Shown: in pieces, positions 37,489 to 46,635 of the stretch
Numbering within the stretch: the first letter of the stretch is position 1
How the letters are laid out: each line of letters begins with the position of its first letter
Source: Spirochaetota bacterium
GTDB taxonomy: Bacteria > Spirochaetota > GWE2-31-10 > MWDO01
DNA length: 64,000 nt
Direction of reading: 5' to 3'
Assembly (NCBI GenBank): GCA_031549085.1
Contig: JAVBQL010000002.1
Location: forward strand, 46,855-110,854
Translations under genes and position numbers: made by a program
Notes under the pieces: generated by a model
The model's database searches: none
What the model was told of the DNA's origin: nothing
Seen by the model: only the letters and a program-made list of their open reading frames with translations

Positions 37489-40254
37489 TCACTTATCGGT
37501 TAATATCAGCACACCCTCAGAGAGCTTCTCTTTTAGAGCCTTCTTACACATATTCATATAAAATTCCAATGCTACCACATCTGATGGACACTTCTTTAAA
37601 ATGGCACTAAAGAGGGAGTAGCTTCTCACAAAATCGAGCTTCTCATATGCTTCAATTCCCTTTTCAAAAAACTCGAGATACTTTATACGCTCTTTTTTGA
37701 GAGATGAGCCAAGGCCATCAAGTACCTCATAGATTCTAACATTGTTTCCCTTCCCCTTAACTCTAACAAGCCCAAGATTTCTAAAAACATATAGCTCTCT
37801 TTGATGAAGCTTATCATAGGTGGTCTCACTTATTATTATAGAGGCTCCAAACTTTCTTGTTAGTCCCTCAAGTCTTGAGGTTAAATTCACATTATCAGAG
37901 ATAACAGTAGAATCAACACGCTGCTTCTCTCCAAGAATACCAAGCATCAATGTACCTGTATGGATTCCAAATCCAACCCCTATAGGCTGATAGCCTTTTG
38001 CAGCAAGTTTTTTATTAAAGTTATTTAAGAGGGCAAGGATCTCTGTTGCAGTCCTTAAGGCATCATCAGGCCCATTTGGATAGAGAGCCATTATAGAATC
38101 CCCTATATACTTGTCTATAAAACCAGAGTTCTCTCTGACTGAAGGTCCAACAAGACTTAGATATGAGTTTAGAAAATTGAAATTCTCTTCAGGTGTCAGC
38201 TGTTCTGATATTGAAGTAAAGCCTACAATATCACTAAACATTATAGTCATCTCTTTCTCTATCTGATCTCCAAGCTCAACCTCCATAATGCTCTCTTTAT
38301 TCAAGAATTTCAAAAATTCTTCAGGAACAAATTTATGGTAGGCCCTGTTAAGGCTTGTTATATCATTGATAAAGGAGTTGACACTCTTTGCCATATTATT
38401 GAAAGAGATTGTAACATCAGCAAGCTCATCATTTCCCTTTGTTGGTATCGAGATATCATGCTGCCCCTTTGATATCTTAGAGGCTCCCTCTTTCAGGTCT
38501 CTAAGTGCCCTAAGCATATAGTAGGAGACAATACAGAGAACAATTATCATAACAATCGCTATTATAACAATGTTTCTTATTATCTTCCATAGAAGCTTCT
38601 TATTTGCTGTCTCAAAGGCAACATTGTCTTTGCCTATCTCTAATAGACCAGCAATATTGCCCTTGCTGTCAAAGACAGGAGCCACCCCATAGAACCAGTT
38701 CCCCCACGCATCAACAGACTTTTCAATCAATATCTCACCTTTAATAGCCTGAGTGTATATGCTATCAGGTTCATTAAGATAGTTAAAAGGGTACTTTGCT
38801 GTTACACTATCATTAAGAAACATAATAGTATAGATATTGTCATCATCAAACTTTTTATGCAGAGTAAAATAGAATCCACTGTTCCATGGATCCATATTAT
38901 AGTCAAGAAGCCTCATTATGCTCTCTTTAAGATTTTTATAAGAGTCGTTCATAAAGTCAAGCTGTGATTTTATATTATTAAAGTCATCTCCATCAATTGA
39001 GAGAGATATTGTCTGAAGCATTGATGCAATTTGGTTATTCAAAAGCTCCTCATACCTCTTTGTCAAATCGGTAAAGATAACAAATGACGTTAAAATAATC
39101 GATATGATAATTATAGGGACATAGATAAGCACCTGCTTTATTATCATAGAGACCCTTCTCTTCAATACATATATATAGAAGAATCTTGATAAAAATATAA
39201 AAAACACAGCCGCTAATAGCAATGCAAGATAGTATAGACCAACAATAATAAAAAACTTTGATGGGATAGCAGCACTATTTTCTATATATTGTATCTCACC
39301 ATTGCTTTTTAATTCTATAACAAAGACATCATTATTTATAAGCAGATCTTCATCATTGCCAACAGAGAGCTTATAGTAGACATCATTTATCAAAACACCA
39401 TATTTGTTTGGCTGCTCACGGCTTATAAGATTAGCAACCTCCCCCTTGTCACCTACCTTCATAATTGTCTTGTTTAATATATCTGTAAAATAGATATTGC
39501 CTCTATTCGATTTAACAAGATCAAATGGCAGAACATTAATGTTTTTATAGATAAGCTTCTCTCCCTCTTTTTGAGAGTAGAGATATATTTCACCAACCTT
39601 ATTTGTGTAGATAAAAGAGTCTTCACCATAATAGGCAACGCTTGATATATAAATATTGGCGTCTTTGAATTTCATAACCTGTTTAAATGTGATTCTTTCA
39701 GTCCCAGTATTAAAGGTATAGGTAAAAACACCATCTTTCGTGGTTTCATACCATATTACCACATCATTAATATGATATATCGAAGTAAAGCTGCTTCTTT
39801 GAACATCTTGAGGAGTAACATCTTTCTCTGTGCGATTTTTTTGAAATATAACCTTATCAAACCGACCATCTCTGTTATATCGAACAATCTCCTCTCTGAT
39901 TGTATAAAAGCCATACTCATCAAAAACCTGATTTACCACATAGAGGTTTTCACCATAATCAACAGCAATATTGACTGCATTATAGAAGGTGTTGCCGCTC
40001 TTTTTGCCGCCAAATATTATATATTGAAGATTGTTTCCCTCATCGATTTTTAAAATACGCTTTGACGAATTATCAATGATATAGCGGTTTCCATTACTAT
40101 CTTTTATGGAGACGCTTGGATATATAAAATTAAGCCCGTTTGGATCAATAGCCCTAATAAAATCATTTCTAAAGATCCCTATACCAAAAAATATAATAAG
40201 AAGAAAAATAAAAAAGAGCAATATTCCACTGGCAATTTTTAAGAGGCTATTCAT
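37489..40254 (-). CDS. membrane adenylate/guanylate cyclase (class III) with two extracytoplasmic sensor domains and HAMP
   Basis: TM, a ~300 aa repeat-containing domain, a TM pair, a ~170 aa Cache/PAS-like domain and a further TM. Then HAMP (LRALRDLKEGASKISKGQHDISIP...ELADVTISFNNM) and the cyclase core (IMFSDIVGFTS, KYIGDSIMA, GIHTGTLMLGILG). Confidence 0.85.
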   Translation of the reverse strand: MNSLLKIASGILLFFIFLLIIFFGIGIFRNDFIRAIDPNGLNFIYPSVSIKDSNGNRYIIDNSSKRILKIDEGNNLQYIIFGGKKSGNTFYNAVNIAVDYGENLYVVNQVFDEYGFYTIREEIVRYNRDGRFDKVIFQKNRTEKDVTPQDVQRSSFTSIYHINDVVIWYETTKDGVFTYTFNTGTERITFKQVMKFKDANIYISSVAYYGEDSFIYTNKVGEIYLYSQKEGEKLIYKNINVLPFDLVKSNRGNIYFTDILNKTIMKVGDKGEVANLISREQPNKYGVLINDVYYKLSVGNDEDLLINNDVFVIELKSNGEIQYIENSAAIPSKFFIIVGLYYLALLLAAVFFIFLSRFFYIYVLKRRVSMIIKQVLIYVPIIIISIILTSFVIFTDLTKRYEELLNNQIASMLQTISLSIDGDDFNNIKSQLDFMNDSYKNLKESIMRLLDYNMDPWNSGFYFTLHKKFDDDNIYTIMFLNDSVTAKYPFNYLNEPDSIYTQAIKGEILIEKSVDAWGNWFYGVAPVFDSKGNIAGLLEIGKDNVAFETANKKLLWKIIRNIVIIAIVMIIVLCIVSYYMLRALRDLKEGASKISKGQHDISIPTKGNDELADVTISFNNMAKSVNSFINDITSLNRAYHKFVPEEFLKFLNKESIMEVELGDQIEKEMTIMFSDIVGFTSISEQLTPEENFNFLNSYLSLVGPSVRENSGFIDKYIGDSIMALYPNGPDDALRTATEILALLNNFNKKLAAKGYQPIGVGFGIHTGTLMLGILGEKQRVDSTVISDNVNLTSRLEGLTRKFGASIIISETTYDKLHQRELYVFRNLGLVRVKGKGNNVRIYEVLDGLGSSLKKERIKYLEFFEKGIEAYEKLDFVRSYSLFSAILKKCPSDVVALEFYMNMCKKALKEKLSEGVLILTDK

Positions 40255-43200
40255 TCTTTCTTCCCTCTTTTATATTTGATATTATAAAAAATAGAGCTGC
40301 TGCTACTAATATCGCAATTCCAAAGACCCACATACCCTTTTTTTCTCCCATAATCAAGACCCAACCAAAGATGATTGGAGCCAATATTTCAGCGATCTTC
40401 ACTGCTACCTCAAAATAGGAGACAGCAATATCTTCACCAATCTCTTTAACTATCCTCAAGTCCAAAAAGTAGTCATTTTGTGCAACAACGCAGAACCCTT
40501 CGGTTATACCCATAACAATGAGAGTTAGCACAAGTCCCAAAATATTGCCTGTTACAGCGAAGATAATAAGGGAGACCGCCCAGCCAGCTGAACCAAGGAT
40601 CAATGCAAGTCTATCATCTTTGACACTCTTCTTAACAAAGCTGCTTACCACAGGGCCAAGATAGATTATCAATAACCCATTAAGCATAAATAGTCTACCA
40701 ATATCAGAGATATTAAGCCCTTTTGACTCCGCAAATAGAGGCAGATAGTATGAGAGGAACATTCCTGCCGCATATGTTGGAATTATTGCCAAAAGAAAAT
40801 ATGATAGAACTTTTATATTAAACAAAAATTTAAGTGCACTTACGAAAGAGAGCTTCTCTGAAACAGATTTTATAACCTTGTTGATTATACTCTTGTTGCT
40901 GATTAAAATTTGATAGGCAAAGATAAAAGCAACGACAGCAAAAACTGATGCTATATAGAAAACATTGGAGAAGCCAAAGCGGTCTGCAAAAAAACCACCA
41001 AATACAGCACCAACGGTTACACCCGCAAGCCCACCAGAGTAGAAGTTTGAATAGGCACTGGACTTTATAATTGGATCTTTTTCAAGATTTATTATACTTC
41101 TTGAAGTGAGAAGTACAAGCCCTGAGCCAAAGCCCAATACCCCCCTGCTTATCAAGAACATATAGATATTTGCACTATAGCCCGATAGAAGAAGCCCCAC
41201 AAACGCAAATATTATACCAACAATCTGCAAAAATCTCCAGCCCATCTTTGATATAAAGGAACCGCCTATCAGAAGCCCAATACCAAAAAAGAGCATCTCT
41301 ATGGAGATTGGGAGAGCAATCACGACATCAGATGGAAGTCCAAAGAGTGGAAGTGCACCTGATGAGAGAAACTCTACATAGAGATTCTTCATCATAATTG
41401 GAACGAATGCAATTGACATACTTATTGCAAGTGAATAGATAAAATTAAATGGACGGACAAAGCTTGAATATGAGAAGAATGATCCTCCGTCAGGCAGGTC
41501 AAACCCATTTGATAGCTCAAATTCTTTCTTTCTTGTTAAAAGGTGTGCAAAGTAGATAATCTCAACAGATGTAAGTATCAGTACAATAAGCATTGTAATT
41601 ACATCAAGGAGTATACCCTGAACAAGCTTTTTGTTCTCCTGATTAAAACTGTAGAGGTCTGTTCCAATCTCTATGATAGCAACAACCTCGCCTTTTGAAT
41701 TTTTAATAGGCCCCATAGAGTAGATCCATGTTCCAAATTCATCTTGATCCTTCTCATGAGCAATATCCCCATGAAAAGCAAGAGATGGAATGCTCTCATC
41801 CTCCTCATACCAGCCCATAAATGGGTGTGTTGGCCCAATCTCATCACTTAGATACATAAAACCACAAAAGGCATCATCGATAAGTCTATAGACTGCAAAA
41901 TAGTAGCCGCTGTTCCACTTATCTTTGTTGTAGTTTAGTGCCCCTTGAAGGTCATTTCTAATCTTTTGATAGTCGCTTCCCATAAAATCTTTTTGAGATT
42001 TTATATTTTCAAAAAGATCACCATCAATTCCCTTTGAAATCAGCTGGACCATAAGGGAGCTCTTCTCTATAACAACATCCTCATATCTCTTTGAGAAGTT
42101 CGATATCATTATTGTAACAATAAGAGATGTTGCAACAGCAACAATTATAATCATACTGCTTATTGTATAGAGAATTTTGGGTATTCTTCCTTTAAGTCTA
42201 TACTTGTAGAGAATAATTACTAGATAGATGATTAAAAAGAGAGATAGAAGAGCCGCAAGATATATTGCCGTTCTCTCTATAATATGAGAAGTTTTATATT
42301 CAATTTTATCAACATTATCAATAAGTTTATTTAAAACAAGATCATAGTGAATGATGGAGTTATTAATTGCACTGGTTAGAATTTTTTCACCATCATTCTC
42401 TATAATATTCACAAAGTAGAAGATACTCCTATCAACACCTTCAAGCTCATCTACAGAAAAGATTCTCTTCTCCCCTATCCCTCCATCGCCTATTGTATAT
42501 TGATATAGACTTAGCCCACCTATATCGGTGAAATATACATTAAGATCATTGTCAACAAATAGTGAATAGCAGACCTTTAAATAGTTTGCCTGCTCACTAA
42601 CCATTGTGTTTGATGTGTACTCCTTCTTTTGAAAATCAAAGACCTTAATCTCACCCTGCTTTGTAGAGAAGATCCATCTGTTCTCATCAATCGCCTTTAC
42701 ATCATAGAACATAATATTTGCTCCATTATGCAGAAGCTTTCTTGATGAGACCCTATTATCTTTTTCGAGATTGAGCTGATAGTAGACAACCCCATCATCA
42801 CCAAGTGCAAACCATGAGAGCTCTCCATTTCTAAAAATAAGAGAGAGGAACTCACCTCTTTGTACAAGTGTTGTCCTCTCTTCATCATATTGTTTTTCAT
42901 AAATCTTTGATAAAAATTTACCTTCAGGAGAGAACTTCAGAATCTCCTCTCTTTTTGTATAGAAGCCAGCATTGTCAGGGATAAGGTTTAGAATATAGAG
43001 GTTGCCATTGCTGTCCACAGCAAGGTCATTTGCATAAAAGAATGTCCCCTCCTTCCTTAAACCACCATCTATTTCAAAGAGAAGCCTGTTATCAGCATCT
43101 ATTTTTATAACCCGTCTCTTTGACATATCTATGATATAGCTGTTTTTTTCGCTATCCATTATTGCTTTGTATGGTGAATCAAGTTTGAATGATGTTGAAA

Positions 43201-43291
43201 ATAGATTTTCTGTTAATAGAGGGATATTAAATCCAACTATTGTGGCGAAAATTAAGAGTAGGACAACACTGAATAGTATTCTTTTTTGCAT
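40247..43291 (-). CDS. fusion protein: the same double extracytoplasmic sensor module as the cyclase, joined to a 12-TM MFS-type transporter domain
   Basis: N-terminal ~580 aa are collinear with the cyclase (YIIDMSKRRVIKID vs YIIDNSSKRILKID; GIDGDLFENIKSQKDFMGSDYQKI vs SIDGDDFNNIKSQLDFMNDSYKNL). The C-terminal ~430 aa are polytopic with MFS-like loops (GLLIGGSFISKMGWR, GGFFADRFG). 8-nt overlap with the cyclase start. Confidence 0.8.
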   Translation of the reverse strand: MQKRILFSVVLLLIFATIVGFNIPLLTENLFSTSFKLDSPYKAIMDSEKNSYIIDMSKRRVIKIDADNRLLFEIDGGLRKEGTFFYANDLAVDSNGNLYILNLIPDNAGFYTKREEILKFSPEGKFLSKIYEKQYDEERTTLVQRGEFLSLIFRNGELSWFALGDDGVVYYQLNLEKDNRVSSRKLLHNGANIMFYDVKAIDENRWIFSTKQGEIKVFDFQKKEYTSNTMVSEQANYLKVCYSLFVDNDLNVYFTDIGGLSLYQYTIGDGGIGEKRIFSVDELEGVDRSIFYFVNIIENDGEKILTSAINNSIIHYDLVLNKLIDNVDKIEYKTSHIIERTAIYLAALLSLFLIIYLVIILYKYRLKGRIPKILYTISSMIIIVAVATSLIVTIMISNFSKRYEDVVIEKSSLMVQLISKGIDGDLFENIKSQKDFMGSDYQKIRNDLQGALNYNKDKWNSGYYFAVYRLIDDAFCGFMYLSDEIGPTHPFMGWYEEDESIPSLAFHGDIAHEKDQDEFGTWIYSMGPIKNSKGEVVAIIEIGTDLYSFNQENKKLVQGILLDVITMLIVLILTSVEIIYFAHLLTRKKEFELSNGFDLPDGGSFFSYSSFVRPFNFIYSLAISMSIAFVPIMMKNLYVEFLSSGALPLFGLPSDVVIALPISIEMLFFGIGLLIGGSFISKMGWRFLQIVGIIFAFVGLLLSGYSANIYMFLISRGVLGFGSGLVLLTSRSIINLEKDPIIKSSAYSNFYSGGLAGVTVGAVFGGFFADRFGFSNVFYIASVFAVVAFIFAYQILISNKSIINKVIKSVSEKLSFVSALKFLFNIKVLSYFLLAIIPTYAAGMFLSYYLPLFAESKGLNISDIGRLFMLNGLLIIYLGPVVSSFVKKSVKDDRLALILGSAGWAVSLIIFAVTGNILGLVLTLIVMGITEGFCVVAQNDYFLDLRIVKEIGEDIAVSYFEVAVKIAEILAPIIFGWVLIMGEKKGMWVFGIAILVAAALFFIISNIKEGRKNE

Positions 43292-43572
43292 TTATATCTC
43301 CTAACTTTTTTATTAAAAATGAAGTTTTTATTTCACTGCTATAATTAATAAAAATGATTTTTAAGCTTTGTAATTATATTAAGAGAGTCTATTTAAAAAT
43401 AGCGACTCTAATTAAGTATCGACAATTGCATTTGAACAATGTATCTATTGACCATCTAAATTCAGTCTATAATATTAAAGCCTTTTGTCAATATTTTTTT
43501 CATTTTTGTTTTTTTAGCTATTTTTCTTTTAAAAATTTGGTAGTCAATCATATAAAACATCAAATGGTTAGT

Positions 43573-43719
43573 AAAACTTACTTCTATCTATTATCCTATC
43601 AATATATAACTAGCTATTAAGATCACTTTTTGGTTTCCTTAATCATTGCAAAAATATAAAACGAGCAAGCACTACTCAAAAAAAGAGAAAGAGAGAGAAT
43701 AATTTTATATAGGCTGGGT
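43573..43719. repeat. leader module, copy 1 (direct repeat of 44129-44270)
   Basis: The conserved ends are GTAAAACTTACTTCTAT and ACTACTCAAAAAAAGAGAAAGAGAGAGAATAATTTTATATAGGCTGGGT. The middle has diverged. Confidence 0.6.
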
Positions 43720-43930
43720 TTTACTTTCTGTTAAACTTGATTGGAGACAACAGATAACAAGTGTTGAGAGTAACCATTTAATCTTGATTAGCGGCAAAAT
43801 AAAAAAGAGAGGGGAGTATCAGTCCATACAATTTGCCCTTAATAGAGCTCATATAAGTCACATGTGAGCCCACGAAAGTAATGTTAACCTACTGATACTC
43901 CCCCTCAGGACAAGAGTACCAGCCCATATA
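43706..43930 (-). ncRNA. ~225 nt multi-stem structured domain (candidate cis-regulatory leader or ncRNA, unclassified)
   Basis: Outer stem 43706-43718 / 43919-43930. Inner 13-bp stem GGGGAGTATCAGT (43811-43823) / ACTGATACTCCCC (43891-43903). The mismatches in both stems are G-U on the minus strand but A-C on the plus strand. U-rich tracts follow both stems on the minus strand. Confidence 0.4.
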
Positions 43931-44128
43931 CAGTCATGAGCTCGCATCTCCCTGAGTAGTGTCCAGTCTATAAGGAGGTTAGCCTCAAACTAGACACAAA
44001 AAAAATGATAAGTTGGGTTCCACTTTGAACACGCTTACCTTGTGAATTACAGTATACTCTATTTTAAGCAAAATAATCAAGTCTTATTTTTTGTAAGTAT
44101 TTATATTTATTGTTTTACTTTAAGAAGA

Positions 44129-44270
44129 GTGAAACTTACTTCTATATTATCTTACTATTAATATCTAATAAACTATTAAACTTACTTTCTAGTTTATATG
44201 TCAGCAAGAGAATATCGAATGCTACTCAAAAAAAAGAAGAAAAGAAAAAGTAGTTTTATATAGGTTGGGG
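44129..44270. repeat. leader module, copy 2 (direct repeat of 43573-43719)
   Basis: GTGAAACTTACTTCTAT ... GCTACTCAAAAAAAAGAAGAAAAGAAAAAGTAGTTTTATATAGGTTGGGG. Confidence 0.6.
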
Positions 44271-44293
44271 TAGCACCCCACCTATATAAAACT
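44228..44293 (-). terminator. intrinsic-terminator-like hairpin with U-run (minus strand; weaker on plus)
   Basis: AGTTTTATATAGGTTGGGG-tagc-ACCCCACCTATATAAAACT, about 19 bp with one bulge. On the minus strand it is followed directly by CUUUUUCUUUUCUUCUUUUUUUU. On the plus strand a T8 run begins 9 nt after the stem. Confidence 0.55.
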
Positions 44294-44545
44294 ATTCTCT
44301 CTTTTTTTTATTACGAAGTAACAAGCTCTGCTTATTTTTTTAAGTGCTGTTTGCCCATTAAGTAAAGCTTGCTGACAAGTAAAATACCAAAAAGATTTAA
44401 GTATCTGTGAAGTTGAAGTAACGGGAACAGACAAAATTATTGAAACAGACCATTGGAGATTGCTTACAGTCTATTCATTAATAAAAAGGTATAAATTGCT
44501 AAAAAAGATTGATCTTTAGAATTTTTTATTATAGCATTTAGTCCT

Positions 44546-45673
44546 ATGAAAAATGCAATACTTATAATTGATTCTCCAACAAGAAATCTTGACCTATACT
44601 ATGCCTCATCATTCTATTGTCTAGACCCATTTGTCTATTTAGAACTTAATGGTGAGAAGATAGGATTTATGCCATCAACAGAAATAGAAAAAGCCAAAAA
44701 AAAATCTGCTATGACAAAATTCTATAACCTTTCATATGAGCTCTTAAAAATAGATAGTGAAAAAAAATATCCAGTGATAAAATCATCGCTTGTGATAGAT
44801 TTACTTCATCAAAATGGAATCAAAGAGATAATTGTTCCATACTCTATGTCTGTTATGGAGGCTGAAAACTTAAGAAACAATGGGTTCACTCTAACAGTGG
44901 TTGATGAGCCATTCTTCAAAGAGAGAGTGGAAAAAACATCAGAAGAGCTTGGGTTTATAAGAGAGAATAGCAAAAAAAATGTTGAGGTTATGGACTCAGT
45001 AAAAAATATACTTGGCGAATCAACAATCGAAAATGATGGAACACTGAAATATGATGGTGAGCTTTTGACGGCAGAGAGGCTTCAGCGGATAATTCTTCAT
45101 CTATTTTTGGATAGAGACCTCACAACAGACTCTCTTATAACAGCTGTTGGTGATGATGGTGTCTTTCCTCATGAGGAGGGGCATGGGCCAATATATGCGA
45201 ACACATCAATAATTGTTGATATCTATCCAAAGAGTATAAAAAACCACTACTACACAGATATGACACGTACTTTTTGCAAGGGAAAAGCAAGCGACAGCCT
45301 GAAAAAAATCTATCAAACTGTTCTTGATGCGCAAAAATTTGCTATGGATAAGGTCTATGCAAATGAAGATGGAAAGATTATACATGAATTTGTTGAAGCT
45401 TTCTTCTATAATAAAGGGTATAAAACAAGAACTATAGATGGGATATTGCAGGGCTTTTTCCATGGTACAGGACATGGGCTTGGACTTGAGTGTCATGAGG
45501 CTCCAAAGATATCAACATATGGAACAAAGCTTCCAAAGAACTCTGTTGTATCCGTTGAGCCGGGGCTATACTACATTGGTCTTGGGGCAGTGCGTATTGA
45601 AGATTTAGTTGTTGTAAAGGAGTCAGGGATAGAGAACCTGACAAATTATGAGAAGAGGCTTGAGATAGAGTGA
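44546..45673 (+). CDS. Xaa-Pro aminopeptidase / M24B family peptidase
   Basis: The pita-bread metal ligand blocks DIYPK..YYTDMTRTF, HGTGHGLGLECHE, VEPGLY and VRIEDLV. Confidence 0.85.
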   Translation: MKNAILIIDSPTRNLDLYYASSFYCLDPFVYLELNGEKIGFMPSTEIEKAKKKSAMTKFYNLSYELLKIDSEKKYPVIKSSLVIDLLHQNGIKEIIVPYSMSVMEAENLRNNGFTLTVVDEPFFKERVEKTSEELGFIRENSKKNVEVMDSVKNILGESTIENDGTLKYDGELLTAERLQRIILHLFLDRDLTTDSLITAVGDDGVFPHEEGHGPIYANTSIIVDIYPKSIKNHYYTDMTRTFCKGKASDSLKKIYQTVLDAQKFAMDKVYANEDGKIIHEFVEAFFYNKGYKTRTIDGILQGFFHGTGHGLGLECHEAPKISTYGTKLPKNSVVSVEPGLYYIGLGAVRIEDLVVVKESGIENLTNYEKRLEIE

Positions 45674-46386
45674 GTGATAATTTAAACAATGAATTAAGAA
45701 TAAAAGAGAACTTTCTAAAAATAGTGGAGAGCATAGACTCCTTAAAAAGCAGACTTCATATAGAACATGAAGTAAAGATTATGGGAGTAACAAAAACTTT
45801 TGATGAGAGCTATGTGCTTGCAGGGGTAAAGGCAGGAATAACACTTTTTGGAGAGAATAGGGTTCTTGAAGCATATGGAAAATACAAATCAGAAATATTA
45901 AAAAATGAGAAGATAGAGCTTCATATAATTGGACATCTTCAAAGAAACAAGGCACGTGAAGCTGTTGCAATTGCATCTGCAATCGACTCGATAGATAAAA
46001 TTGAGACACTTGAAGCCATTCAAAGAGAGGCAGAGAAGCAGAATAAAAATATAGATTTTTTAATAGAGGTGAACACCAGTAATGAACCTCAAAAATCGGG
46101 TGTCTCTGAAGATGGTTTAAACAACCTTTTGGAACAAATTTTTTCAAAGAGTCTAACAAAGTGCAATCTGCGAGGTGTAATGACTGTTGGACCTCTAACT
46201 GATGATGAAAAAAAGATAAGAGAGAGCTTTTCCTCTCTAAAAAAGATATATGATAAATTGAAAGGTGAATTAAAAAGGGATAACTTTGATACAATATCTA
46301 TGGGTATGAGTGGTGACTATCTTCTTGCCATAGAGGAGGGGAGCAACCTCGTTCGCATAGGTTCATCTATATTTGGAAAGAGGTAG
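45670..46386 (+). CDS. yggS: PLP-binding protein of the YggS/PROSC family
   Basis: MGVTKT, FGENRVLEA, HIIGHLQRNK and SMGMSGDY blocks. The GTG start overlaps the upstream stop by 4 nt. Confidence 0.85.
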   Translation: MSDNLNNELRIKENFLKIVESIDSLKSRLHIEHEVKIMGVTKTFDESYVLAGVKAGITLFGENRVLEAYGKYKSEILKNEKIELHIIGHLQRNKAREAVAIASAIDSIDKIETLEAIQREAEKQNKNIDFLIEVNTSNEPQKSGVSEDGLNNLLEQIFSKSLTKCNLRGVMTVGPLTDDEKKIRESFSSLKKIYDKLKGELKRDNFDTISMGMSGDYLLAIEEGSNLVRIGSSIFGKR

Positions 46387-46387
46387 G

Positions 46388-46560
46388 TTTTTCTACCATC
46401 TCCCCAACCCTCTTCCTACATAGGAAGAGGGAGAAAGAAAAATAATACATCTAGTTACGTTTTAGATTGTTAAGAAATATTTAAGTCGATTTTTGTTAGA
46501 ACTTTCTTGTCAGAAAGTAATACAAAAATCTTATGTTTTATACCTCTTAACAATCTAAAA
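46388..46560 (+). repeat. bipartite hairpin repeat element, copy C
   Basis: Starts 2 nt after the yggS stop. TTTTTCTACCATCTCCCC box, then a perfect hairpin CCCTCTTCCT-acat-AGGAAGAGGG. The outer arms are TTTTAGATTGTTAAGA / TCTTAACAATCTAAAA. The inner stem is changed in a compensatory way to GATTTTTGT / ACAAAAATC. Confidence 0.7.
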
Positions 46561-46635
46561 ATAGACTTATACATAAAAATATTTTCTATTTTAATTTTTT
46601 TTATAAGTAATAAAATTTTTCAGTTTAATGGCTAT

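Noticed and set aside
43354-43620. 88-aa ORF inside the long non-coding leader
   Set aside because: Extremely AT-rich with low-complexity composition (F/Y/N/K/I). No RBS. It overlaps the repeated leader module. This is most likely chance in AT-rich DNA.
43690-44040. RNase P RNA, SRP RNA or T-box leader on the minus strand. Prompted by ACAGAAAGUAAAACCCAGCCUAUA resembling the ACAGAACCCGGCUUA end of RNase P, UGGGCUGGUAC resembling the T-box UGGGUGGUACC, and CAGGACAAGAGUACCAGCC resembling SRP helix 8 on the plus strand.
   Set aside because: The universal GGAAAGUCC (CR-I) element is absent on both strands. No specifier or AGAGA stem I features of T-boxes are present, and the T-box-like run carries an insertion. 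The SRP-like stretch cannot be extended into the required long hairpin. The similarities are short and probably fortuitous.
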